From positions 158,082 through 222,081 of the IMG/VR virus record IMGVR_UViG_3300028549_000365: DNA of 64,000 nt; one strand, 5' to 3'. Shown here piece by piece: positions 31,045 to 40,510 of the stretch. A program made the position numbers and the translations under genes. This stretch comes from a virus. Taxonomy: Duplodnaviria > Caudoviricetes. Within the stretch, counting starts at the first letter, position 1. Each line of letters begins with the position of its first letter. The notes under the pieces are model-generated. The model was not told where the DNA came from, ran no database searches, and saw only the letters and a list, made by a program, of their open reading frames with translations.

Positions 31045-32241
31045 ATGGCAAAAATAGAACCAGTATTTGACACCGACCCGGATCTAAGGGTATCAGAAGA
31101 ACTTATAGGGTTTCACGCTATTAACCCATTTGCTACAACTGTATCGTCAGCTAGATCGTATATGAGTTCGTCACATATCTCACAGTCTGTTACTTTAGCT
31201 AACGGCGAGGAAAAGATTATTCAGACAGGATTAGAATATCAGTTTGGTGGTAACACCTTTAGTAAGAAAATACTTAACGATAGTAGAGTTATTACTATTA
31301 TAAAACGATATAATGGCTCTAGTGCTAACTACGCTAGTGAACTAACTGCTTTAGTTATTATATTTGAAGATCTTGTTACTAATAAGATAGACTATATAGA
31401 ACTACCTTATTACTTTAGCTTACATCAATATTTTGGGTTTAAGTATGTTTGGAATAAAGAAGTTCTTAAAACATTAAACAGAGGATCGTTTATACCTGCA
31501 GGTACTATCTTAGCTGATTCACCAGCTGTATGTGAAAACAGTGGATATAAGTTTGGTATAAACGCTAATATAGCATATATGAGTACGCCAGAAGTTTCAG
31601 AGGATGGTGTAGTTATATCTAAGACTATGGCTAAGAAACTTTCTTACAAAACGTTCGATAGACGTATTGTAGAGTTTGGTACAGACACTTTCCCTCTTAA
31701 TATATATGGCGATGCTAACAACTATAAAGCTTTTCCTGACATAGGCGAGTATATATGCGATGATAGTGTGTTGATGGTACTTAGATCTTATGACAATAAC
31801 AATACCCCGAACCTTACATCCATAAACGATGTTAGAGAGTTCAATCCTATATTTGATAAAGCTATTTATGTAAAATCACCTAAATCAAAAGTAGTTGATG
31901 TTAAAGTACATTATAATCCTAAGTTTAAAAAGGATATATACACTGGTACAGCTGATGATGTTATAAAGTATGCTAATGGATATAAAAAGTACCACAGTGA
32001 TCTTGTAGAAGTTTATGAACAACTTCAAAAAGACCATAAAGGTAAGCATAGAAACACAGAAGTTCCACTTAGTGAAAAGTTACAAAGATTGCTAGTAGAT
32101 AGTTATGTATTTACAGACACAACTAGAAACACTAAGTACTTCCATAAGAAACAAGCTCTTGATATTTATAGACTAGAATTTGTTTTAGAAACTGAAGTTG
32201 TGGTTGGATTAGGTAGTAAAGTCACTACCACCATGGGAAGT
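31045..32241 (+). CDS. Non-virion RNAP beta subunit C-terminal half (gp71-73-like), exon 1
   Basis: SSARSYMSSSHISQ aligns with beta NRALMG.NMQRQ; GINANIAYM...EDG aligns with G.N..VA.M...EDS; ends GSKVTTTMGS at the GDK.AGRHGNKG motif. Confidence 0.9.
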
Positions 32242-32777
32242 TAACCTAAAAATATATTTTATGTAAGAAATATATAGCTTCCATAACATAGCGATATGTT
32301 ATTAGTAACTCTTTTAATAGCGGGTACTGTCTGCATAAAGTTATAGCTACCACTTACACACTGAAAAGTACATATAGTGTAATACTTACGGAGTAATGTT
32401 TCCAGTAAGCATGGTAAAAACGCGATAACCTGGATGGGATCGACGCAACGAAGCACCTTAAACGACGAGAGTCATCCTATATGGAGTGTGTGAGTTCAAC
32501 GACTATCGAAACGACGCATGTAATAGTGTATGAGATACCTATAGACGGTATCGGTGTTAATAGCACTCAACGTAGTAGAGTAGGGCTCAAGTGAGTGGAC
32601 GACAGTCCTTAAATCGAAACAAAGAGTATTAGTGTGTTGCAATAGACACACAATATAGATATAGTCTGAGCGGCACGTGAGTGTGTCCTTTACAACAATA
32701 AGTTGTATCGTCATCTGTAATGGATGAGTAGCGAGTAGAGTCGCGGGGTGATGTAACGAATCATTTGAACAGAGCTG
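32242..32777 (+). mobile_element. Group I self-splicing intron (IA-like), 536 nt, no homing endonuclease ORF
   Basis: 5' splice site after U32241, with P1 (exon ggaagu pairing with intron gcuucc at 32277-32282, U.G at the junction); P2 with GCGA loop; P3 actcttt 32308-14 / aaagagt 32621-27; R gttcaacgacta 32494-505; S agatatagtct 32657-67; terminal G at 32777. Removal restores ...TMGS|KGVVVEI in frame. Confidence 0.92.
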
Positions 32778-33698
32778 AAAGGTGTGGTAGTAGAGATAAG
32801 AGAAGATCACGAAATGCCCATAGATCCTATAACAGGAACATTTGTAGATATGTGTATGGACCCTACGTCTATACCTGGTCGTATGAACATTGGTAACTTA
32901 TATGAGCAGTATTTCTGTACGATGTCAAGACACACTAAAAAGATGGTAATAGATAAGTTTAACTCATATGGTACTAATTTTAATACCCTTGATGATATGC
33001 GAATAAATGAACTTTTCTCAATAGTTACTGGATTGACGGAGATATTAGATACAGAACAACATCAAGGGTATATGAGTACTAGTTTAGACGAGAAGCGATT
33101 CATACTTAAGGAAGTTATGGATAAGGAATTATATTTGTACTATAAAGTAACATCTAAGAAACGACCATATCAAGTGGTCGGTGAAGTAGCTGGTACTATA
33201 TATGAACCAAAAATGACAAATATAATATGGAGTAAAGACGGTAGAACATTCGTAACTAAGAATCAAATGATGGTGGGTCCACAGTATGTAATTTTACTTG
33301 CTAAAACACCAGAGTCATTTCTAAGTTGTGCGAGTGCTAAGACTAACCATTACGGATTCCCAATAGGTGTAGGTAGTAAACAACGTGTTAACTTACCATT
33401 TAGAAATTCACCTGTTAGAATACTATCTGAGACAGAGACAAGACTGTATACAAGTTATGTTGGTAGAAGAGGTATAATAGAGCTTAAAGATAGAGCTAAC
33501 TCTATTAAAACTCATGAAGCTATATACAACTGTATACTTAACGCTCCTGTTCCTACCAATATAGATAACGTAGTGGATAGATCTATTGTTCCTTACGGAG
33601 GCGACGCGGCTATTGAGTTCGTAGAAAATATTATGAACGCAGCAGGTATCAACATCAACTACGTAGTTGATGATAAAAAGATACATCCGGAACGATAA
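32778..33698 (+). CDS. Non-virion RNAP beta subunit C-terminal half, exon 2 (spliced product 705 aa)
   Basis: KGVV, MDPTSIPGRMNIG (beta NPLGVPSRMNIG), GPQY..LL.K and RILSETE (beta RFGEME) motifs. Confidence 0.9.
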   Translation, partial: KGVVVEIREDHEMPIDPITGTFVDMCMDPTSIPGRMNIGNLYEQYFCTMSRHTKKMVIDKFNSYGTNFNTLDDMRINELFSIVTGLTEILDTEQHQGYMSTSLDEKRFILKEVMDKELYLYYKVTSKKRPYQVVGEVAGTIYEPKMTNIIWSKDGRTFVTKNQMMVGPQYVILLAKTPESFLSCASAKTNHYGFPIGVGSKQRVNLPFRNSPVRILSETETRLYTSYVGRRGIIELKDRANSIKTHEAIYNCILNAPVPTNIDNVVDRSIVPYGGDAAIEFVENIMNAAGININYVVDDKKIHPER

Positions 33699-33788
33699 TG
33701 TATAAATAAAAATATAGAAATATATATATACTAGACAAATAAAAAGGTCGTAACAGTAGTTACGTCTTAATAAAGATAAGGATATAAT

Positions 33789-34445
33789 ATGACTAAAATA
33801 GTTATAATGTTAGCTGTAATGGTTAACTTATTGTTGGGAACAACATTGAATGATGTACAGATGAATAATCTTAAAAATAAGAAAGTTCTTCTAGAGAAAA
33901 AAGTTGCTGAGATGGATTTACCAAAACAAACTGTAAATATCATGCTTGGCGTATACCTTAGAGAATCAGCTGTTGGAATTAAGACTGTTGAAGAACTTAA
34001 TGGTAAACGTAAGCATATAGCTAAGGTATCTATGGGAGATTATCACATGACTTTCCCAGCAATAGTGCACGTTATTAAAACTTATAATCTTAAACAATAC
34101 TATCACTTCTTAGATGTAGATAAAAAGAAAGTTAAAAGAGAAAAAGAGTTAGAGTTAGCTAAACTTAGTAGATATAATAAAGTATTCAACACAGAGATGG
34201 CGTTGTACTATTTTAAATGTAATTACGAAGAAGCTATTAAGCGTAATTTTAAAGATCCATTGTATAAAGCTGTAAGCAAACATAATGGTTTCTGGAATAA
34301 TTATAAGTATGTTAATTTAGTAAAGAAAGATATAGCAACAATAAAAGTTGCTTTAGCTAGTACTAAAAATAATAACATAGGTGTTCCTCCTAGATTTAAT
34401 AAACCTGCGTTTGTTAATACACTAGAGCTTTGGAAGAATATATAG
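33789..34445 (+). CDS. Putative lytic transglycosylase (SLT-like) with an N-terminal signal/anchor
   Basis: Hydrophobic N-terminus; ...LRESAVG (candidate catalytic E-S), SMGDYHM, FN.EMA.YY and AVSKHNG are spaced like SLT motifs I-IV. Confidence 0.5.
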   Translation: MTKIVIMLAVMVNLLLGTTLNDVQMNNLKNKKVLLEKKVAEMDLPKQTVNIMLGVYLRESAVGIKTVEELNGKRKHIAKVSMGDYHMTFPAIVHVIKTYNLKQYYHFLDVDKKKVKREKELELAKLSRYNKVFNTEMALYYFKCNYEEAIKRNFKDPLYKAVSKHNGFWNNYKYVNLVKKDIATIKVALASTKNNNIGVPPRFNKPAFVNTLELWKNI

Positions 34446-34496
34446 TACATGTACACCAATTGGTGTATGTGTAATATTTTAAACATGGAGAAAAAT

Positions 34497-34835
34497 ATGA
34501 AAATCGGAAATGATGTTAGTGATAAATTAAAATATATATGTAAAGAGTGCGGTGTTGAAGATTACGCAGATAGCTATGAACAAATTATAGCTTATAGTAA
34601 GCTATGCAGTAAATGTCTTAGCGATAAGAATTCTAAGACTGCTAAGATAAAAGAAGTTAATAAGACAAGATACAAGATAAGAAAAACTCAAAAAGAACAC
34701 AAATGTTCTTTAATAAAATGGACATGTAGTAAATGTAACTTTGTGCACAACAGAGCTAGTAAACCATGGTGTTGTAATAACCCTGAAAATTGTGACTCTA
34801 GACATTTCTTTCCAGTCCATACAGGAGATAAATAA
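34497..34835 (+). CDS. Cys-rich (zinc-binding) hypothetical protein
   Basis: CKEC, CSKC, CSKC and CC..ENC motifs; start moved to the ATG at 34497 after a GGAG RBS (track start 34449). Confidence 0.55.
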   Translation: MKIGNDVSDKLKYICKECGVEDYADSYEQIIAYSKLCSKCLSDKNSKTAKIKEVNKTRYKIRKTQKEHKCSLIKWTCSKCNFVHNRASKPWCCNNPENCDSRHFFPVHTGDK

Positions 34836-35407
34836 TGAATAAGTTTTCTAAGATATATGTAATAGCTGGGTTATCAGGTGTAGGTAAAGATACTATTGTT
34901 AATAAACTGCCTGTTACATTAGTACATAAAGTAGTTCCATTTACTAGTAGACCAATTAGACCTAACGAAGTAGAAGGTAGTGAGTATCATTTTGTAACTA
35001 AGAACAGATTTCAAGATATGATAGATGAAGAGTTATTTTTAGAGTATAGAAGATATAATGTTGGTACAGAAGAAAATTCTGTATACTGGTATTACGGTAC
35101 ACATATTAGAGTGTTAGAATCTAAATATGATACTGTCATTGTAACAGATATAGACGCTATGTGTAAACTACGGGCTAAGTATCCAGATAAAGTAGTTGGT
35201 ATAATTTTAACAGCTACTGACAGTGTTAGAGAAGAAAGAGCTAGATTACGTATGGGTGATAAATTTGATGCTGTTGAATGGGAAAGACGACTAGCTGACG
35301 ATAAAGCTAAATATAATATGAAAGAACTTTTTATGAACACACATGTTATTTTAAATGATAATTTAGATAATACTGTTTGTGAAGTAATAAATATTATAAA
35401 GAAGTAA
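34835..35407 (+). CDS. gmk: Guanylate kinase
   Basis: P-loop GLSGVGKDT, TSRPIRPNEVEGSEYHFVT and YYGT motifs. Confidence 0.88.
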   Translation: MNKFSKIYVIAGLSGVGKDTIVNKLPVTLVHKVVPFTSRPIRPNEVEGSEYHFVTKNRFQDMIDEELFLEYRRYNVGTEENSVYWYYGTHIRVLESKYDTVIVTDIDAMCKLRAKYPDKVVGIILTATDSVREERARLRMGDKFDAVEWERRLADDKAKYNMKELFMNTHVILNDNLDNTVCEVINIIKK

Positions 35408-35408
35408 T

Positions 35409-35669
35409 ATGAGTGCTTATTCTGAACAATTAAAATTTCACAAGATAGTTAAAGATATACCTGGAGTAGTTGATAGACTTATAGTCGCTGTAACTACGTC
35501 AGGCTACCGTGGGTTAGCTGTTAGAGTTTTACCAACAGAGATAGAACCTTTAAAAGATATCTTTAAAAATAACGATGTTAATGTACAGCATGTTGTGTAC
35601 GACGGTGAAGATATTATACATCTTATACAGGGTATTTCTCAAATAGAAATAGATTCAATATTGAAATGA
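35409..35669 (+). CDS. Hypothetical protein
   Basis: 86 aa ORF coupled to gmk. Confidence 0.55.
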   Translation: MSAYSEQLKFHKIVKDIPGVVDRLIVAVTTSGYRGLAVRVLPTEIEPLKDIFKNNDVNVQHVVYDGEDIIHLIQGISQIEIDSILK

Positions 35670-35700
35670 GATAGAACACTTAGGTGTTCTATCTTTTTTT
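35669..35700 (+). terminator. Intrinsic terminator with C(UUAG)G loop
   Basis: agatagaacac-ttag-gtgttctatct followed by a T-run. Confidence 0.85.
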
Positions 35701-35716
35701 CTTAATGATATTCAAA

Positions 35717-35734
35717 CATATATTATTAATATAG
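35717..35734 (+). promoter_or_regulatory. CATATATTAT early-promoter-like motif
   Basis: catatattattaatatag directly after the terminator, upstream of 35756. Confidence 0.6.
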
Positions 35735-35755
35735 AACAATTAAAAGGAGTTAAGA

Positions 35756-36016
35756 ATGGTTCAAGGTTTAATAAAAGTAAAGAACATTAGACAAGGTGCT
35801 AAATGTTTATGTATAGGTAAGAAGACAAATAAAGATATGTATTTTGGGTACAGTGTTAATGGGTTTCATTACTTCTACAAAACTAAAACGGAAGCTAAAC
35901 TATTACCTATTATGCGTAATAGCATAGGTGTTTGTTATAGTAATTTTAAAGTTTATAATGTGGACAATGTTTTTAACGATACAGTATCTAATGATCATGT
36001 CTATAAGGAGATTTAA
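35756..36016 (+). CDS. Hypothetical protein
   Basis: 86 aa ORF with AAGGAG RBS. Confidence 0.6.
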   Translation: MVQGLIKVKNIRQGAKCLCIGKKTNKDMYFGYSVNGFHYFYKTKTEAKLLPIMRNSIGVCYSNFKVYNVDNVFNDTVSNDHVYKEI

Positions 36017-36667
36017 ATGGGTGAGGTAACAATCGAACATAAAAACGAGGATATAGGTTATATAACTGTATCATCAGTAGCTATTTACAATGATAATGGT
36101 GTAAGTACATTGTTTCTAATAAACAATAGAACGATGGAACATTATAGTTGTCATATAGTTAATCCTGATATATATTGTGTAGGTGAACCTATATACGGTG
36201 AACTACTAGATTCTATAATATTTAAAGGTACTGTAATTCCTGTAGATAATAGAAGCACAATACTCAATATGTATGCTGAATTAGTAAAGAGTAATGAAGT
36301 GTACAGAGAGCGTTATAATTCGCATAAGTTCAAAAATAACACAGGTATCTATATAGTAGATAAAACAAACAAAGGCATAGCTAACTATATGAATATGTGT
36401 GTAACACTAACTGATCTAGATGGCGAACCAACTATGTGTTTATACTTAGGAGAGATAGATCACGAGTTGTATAAAGTGTCGATCATAAATGAGGAAGTGG
36501 TGTTAGAACCAATTAGTGTAGGTAGATATAACAACGGATCTATTATACTAAACTCTGGTTTAAAAGTAACTAACTATACAGTCTATAACATAACAACAAT
36601 TATGGAATTTGCACAATTAGTTTATAAAGAAAACATACCTATGTATGTTGGTAGTAAGAAATATTAA
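36017..36667 (+). CDS. Hypothetical protein
   Basis: 216 aa ORF with AAGGAG RBS. Confidence 0.65.
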   Translation: MGEVTIEHKNEDIGYITVSSVAIYNDNGVSTLFLINNRTMEHYSCHIVNPDIYCVGEPIYGELLDSIIFKGTVIPVDNRSTILNMYAELVKSNEVYRERYNSHKFKNNTGIYIVDKTNKGIANYMNMCVTLTDLDGEPTMCLYLGEIDHELYKVSIINEEVVLEPISVGRYNNGSIILNSGLKVTNYTVYNITTIMEFAQLVYKENIPMYVGSKKY

Positions 36668-36681
36668 CATAAGGAGAATAT

Positions 36682-38706
36682 GTGAAAAAAGTAAATGTTA
36701 GAAACTTATTAAGACACCCAGAGGTAGCAATTAGAGATGGATTGAAAACTAATCTAATAATAGTATTTGAAGATGGAGTAGAACAGTTTATGTCTAGTGG
36801 TGAAATTATATTATTAAGATATCTTATACGACTTAATAACATAACACCACACTTACCAATAACATCTAATTATGACATTACAAAGTATTATAATTCAGGT
36901 ATTTATATAGCGTCTAGTATTAACAAATGTTTTGAGAAAATACTAGAAGAAGTAGTTATCAATATTGTTAGACCCGCTAATGACAGGAGTATACTTGAAC
37001 CTATGTATGAAGAGATGGTAGTTATATTCAACCTTATATACAATGAAGTAATTTATAGTAAACTAGATTATGTAACGTCTCTTAACATAAAAGATTTCTT
37101 AGATATACAAATGCACAAAGAGTTGTTAGATGCTATGAAACAAGTTAATGTAGAGAAATCATTAGAGTCGGTTAAGAAGACATATGACGTGTTAGATGAT
37201 ATTATTAGAAACAAAGTTGATCATAGTAAAAACATTATAGCTAGAAGTTATATTTCAGGAACTGTTAATCCAGACCAAGTTAAACAAATGCTAGCTGCTA
37301 GAGGATTTCTTACTGAGATTGATAGTTCTATTTTTAAATACCCTGTCGCAAGTAGTTATACTTTAGGTCTAGACAATATATATGAATTAGCTGTTGAAAG
37401 TAGAGCTGGAGCTAAAGCTTTAGTTGTATCTAATAAAGCTATTCAAGAGACAGAATACTTTGCTAGAGAATTACAACTAGTTGTTATGAGTATAGAAAAG
37501 TTATTAGACGGTGATTGTGGTAACAAAGACCACATAAACTATTTCGTAAGAGATGCTAGTAGAACAGGTAAGTCAGATCTACCTAATTTATTAGGTAAAC
37601 GTTTCCTTAATGAAATAACTGGGTTGGAAGAGATAATAACGCCAGAACACAAACATTTAGAAAACACTACTATAAAATTACGTAGTGTATTGCATTGTAA
37701 ACACACTAGCAAGAATTCTGTATGTACACATTGTTTCGGGGAACTATATCACGGAGTGTTCGCACACACTAATCTAGGACATATTAGTTCAACTACACCA
37801 ACACAAAAGATGTCACAAGGTATTCTTTCTACTAAACACTTAACTTCTTCAGCAACTAGTTCTAGTATAGTACTTGATGAAACAGCTAAAAGATTCTTTA
37901 GTGTTAAAGGTAAAGATGGTTATGCGTTAAGAGCTAATGTATTAGGTAAGTCTAGAAGTAAGATGTTTATAACTATAAATCAAAAAGAGGCTTTCGGTTT
38001 AAAAGATTTAGCTAACGAAGCTAATGTATATAAACTTAATCCAGCTAGAGTTAGTATAATATCTAGTTTTATATTATCTATAGTGCAAGATAGTGGTAAG
38101 AGTGAAAGCTTTCCTATTATAGTTAAAACAGGTAGTAGATATGGTAACTTTACTTATGAGTTTTTAAAATACGTACAAGAGAACGGGTTTGTGTTAGATG
38201 ATAGTGATAGATATGTTATAGATCTTAGTGACTATACATCAACAGCTCCTATCCTTACATTACCACAAGTTGAGTTCAACTTCCTTGCGTTAAGTAAAGA
38301 AGTTAAATCAGAGTTTAAATATCTTAAGTTTGTAAAAGGTAAATATTCTATAGAAACTCCTGAATCATTACTATTTAAAGTATTTGATTTATTAAACAGT
38401 AAGTTAAATATTAATATAGCATTATTAGAGGTTATGGTTTATGCGTTTACTATTATGGGGTATACTAAGAAAGATTACGACATAGGTAGAAATAGTGACG
38501 ATCCACAACTTGCTAGAATATATGATATTATAGCTAATAGAAGTTTAGGTGGTGGGTATGCTTGGGAAACAGTTAATAGTATATTACTTTCTCCTAAGAG
38601 TTACGATGGTAACAATAACATAGATCACTTACTAGATGTTATGATTAGACCAGAACAAACTATGCACGATTACTATGGGTATAAAAGTCCACAACAAATA
38701 CATTAA
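36682..38706 (+). CDS. Non-virion RNAP beta' subunit C-terminal half (phiKZ gp74-like)
   Basis: Bridge helix ESRAGAKAL...TEYFARELQL..DCG; Zn site LRSVLHC...CTHCFG; trigger-loop region TQKMSQGILSTKH; GTG start with AAGGAG RBS. Confidence 0.9.
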   Translation: MKKVNVRNLLRHPEVAIRDGLKTNLIIVFEDGVEQFMSSGEIILLRYLIRLNNITPHLPITSNYDITKYYNSGIYIASSINKCFEKILEEVVINIVRPANDRSILEPMYEEMVVIFNLIYNEVIYSKLDYVTSLNIKDFLDIQMHKELLDAMKQVNVEKSLESVKKTYDVLDDIIRNKVDHSKNIIARSYISGTVNPDQVKQMLAARGFLTEIDSSIFKYPVASSYTLGLDNIYELAVESRAGAKALVVSNKAIQETEYFARELQLVVMSIEKLLDGDCGNKDHINYFVRDASRTGKSDLPNLLGKRFLNEITGLEEIITPEHKHLENTTIKLRSVLHCKHTSKNSVCTHCFGELYHGVFAHTNLGHISSTTPTQKMSQGILSTKHLTSSATSSSIVLDETAKRFFSVKGKDGYALRANVLGKSRSKMFITINQKEAFGLKDLANEANVYKLNPARVSIISSFILSIVQDSGKSESFPIIVKTGSRYGNFTYEFLKYVQENGFVLDDSDRYVIDLSDYTSTAPILTLPQVEFNFLALSKEVKSEFKYLKFVKGKYSIETPESLLFKVFDLLNSKLNINIALLEVMVYAFTIMGYTKKDYDIGRNSDDPQLARIYDIIANRSLGGGYAWETVNSILLSPKSYDGNNNIDHLLDVMIRPEQTMHDYYGYKSPQQIH

Positions 38707-38718
38707 CAAGGATACGAT

Positions 38719-40227
38719 ATGATAAAGGTAATCATAACAGTTAGAAACACACACTTCACGGTAAAACTATTAGATCCTAAAATACGACATATCATATCGT
38801 CCATGGACAACAACTTATCGACGTTTACATTTATGTATAATAAAGTTAGTAAACGTATGGTGAAGATGAAAGATAAACTCTATTATGTTAATGATCCTAT
38901 AGAGAATGTACATAGATACCATATAAATACATTAAAAGACTTTATGGGTTATCTAAGTATGGCTTTTGTTAGTAAAGATGAAATACAGTTAATAATGGAT
39001 AAGAAGTATGAAGTAGAGCCATTAGAGTTAGAGAAAGCTGAAGATTACTCTGCAAGAGAATATCAACAAGACTATATAGATGCTGTAGTTACTAAAAGTG
39101 CTTATGATACTAAACTAGTAGATTTGATTACAGGTGGTGGTAAAGGTTTAATAGGTTCATTCTCTTTAGTGGAACTTAATATGAAGTCAGCTATTATAGT
39201 GTTACCTAAGTATATATCTAAATGGAAATATGATATACAAGAGTATACCAACATAGATAGTGACGACTTCTATATAGTTCAAGGTAGTGAAAGTCTGGAA
39301 GAGTTAGTAACTACAGGTAATAACTATAAAGTAGTTATTTTCTCTATAACAACATTAATGAACTATATCAAAGCTTATCTAGAAAACAGAAGCACGATAA
39401 GTGTAACACCTAGTAAACTAATGGAGCATCTTAAAATAGGATCTATACTAGTTGACGAGGTGCATCAACACTTTCATGCTGTTTATACTATTATGATGTT
39501 TATGAACGCAGTTAGAGTTATTGGGTTATCAGCTACACTTGATAGTAATGACAAGAACATGAAACGTATTTACGAAGTGATGTTTCCTAGTCAAGCCAGA
39601 ATAAGTAATATAATAGTGCACGACCCATATCTTAATGTAGTTTATGCTAAGTATAGATTACAAATGAGTAGCAGGATACAATACAAACGACAACAAGGAT
39701 ATAACCATCATCTTTATGAACAAAGTATACTTCTTAATAGCGTGTTTCTAAATAACTACATACGAATGATAGAATATTATATAGAAAAGTATTTTATAAC
39801 TAAAAGGTCACAAGATGAAAAGTGTTTGATATTCGCTGCGTCTGTTAGATTATGCACTATATTAACTAACCATTTTAAACATAAGTATAGATACTTAGAT
39901 GTTAGGAGGTATGTTGACGATGATCCTTATGAGAATGTTATAGATGGTGAACTTACGTTTTCTACGGTAATAGGTTCAGGTACAGCTATAGATATACCAA
40001 AGTTGATTACTGTTATACAAACCATCTCTATAGGTAGCTTACAATCAAATGTACAAGCGGCCGGTAGGTTAAGAGAGATAAAAGGTAAAGAGGTTTATTA
40101 TGTGTGTTTATTTACACCTGATATACCTAATCAAGTTGTGTTACATAGAATAAGAGTACAAGTTCTAAAGAACAAAACTAAACTGAATATTCTAGAGGAA
40201 TACCCTAATACAATAAAAACAATATAA
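38719..40227 (+). CDS. SF2 (DExH) helicase (phiKZ gp75-like)
   Basis: TGGGK, DEVH, SAT and QAAGRLR motifs; follows the beta' gene as in phiKZ. Confidence 0.88.
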   Translation: MIKVIITVRNTHFTVKLLDPKIRHIISSMDNNLSTFTFMYNKVSKRMVKMKDKLYYVNDPIENVHRYHINTLKDFMGYLSMAFVSKDEIQLIMDKKYEVEPLELEKAEDYSAREYQQDYIDAVVTKSAYDTKLVDLITGGGKGLIGSFSLVELNMKSAIIVLPKYISKWKYDIQEYTNIDSDDFYIVQGSESLEELVTTGNNYKVVIFSITTLMNYIKAYLENRSTISVTPSKLMEHLKIGSILVDEVHQHFHAVYTIMMFMNAVRVIGLSATLDSNDKNMKRIYEVMFPSQARISNIIVHDPYLNVVYAKYRLQMSSRIQYKRQQGYNHHLYEQSILLNSVFLNNYIRMIEYYIEKYFITKRSQDEKCLIFAASVRLCTILTNHFKHKYRYLDVRRYVDDDPYENVIDGELTFSTVIGSGTAIDIPKLITVIQTISIGSLQSNVQAAGRLREIKGKEVYYVCLFTPDIPNQVVLHRIRVQVLKNKTKLNILEEYPNTIKTI

Positions 40228-40236
40228 AGGAAGAAT

Positions 40237-40497
40237 ATGAAAATATATTTATTAACTATATTACTGTTATCAAGTTTATTTGGTAATGATGTAATAGTGA
40301 CTAGTGTTAAAAAAGATAAAGGTTATACGTATATAAATTATACGTATAACACTTTTAATGGGTATCTAAAATGTAATAAACTAAAAGGGTTATATGCAAC
40401 AAGTTATAACTGTGAAGAGTTTATAGATGACAGATGGGTTGTTCTTACTTATATGGGTAATGAACTTAAACAAGTAGTTATACAAAACATTAAATAA
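40237..40497 (+). CDS. Small secreted/signal-peptide protein
   Basis: MKIYLLTILLLSSLFG signal-like N-terminus; 86 aa. Confidence 0.55.
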   Translation: MKIYLLTILLLSSLFGNDVIVTSVKKDKGYTYINYTYNTFNGYLKCNKLKGLYATSYNCEEFIDDRWVVLTYMGNELKQVVIQNIK

Positions 40498-40510
40498 GAA
40501 AGAGGATATT

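Noticed and set aside
32259-32810. Two minus-strand ORFs (65 and 104 aa) inside the intron as a homing endonuclease
   Set aside because: Antisense to the intron, no HNH, GIY-YIG or LAGLIDADG motifs, no RBS; they are by-products of the ribozyme sequence.
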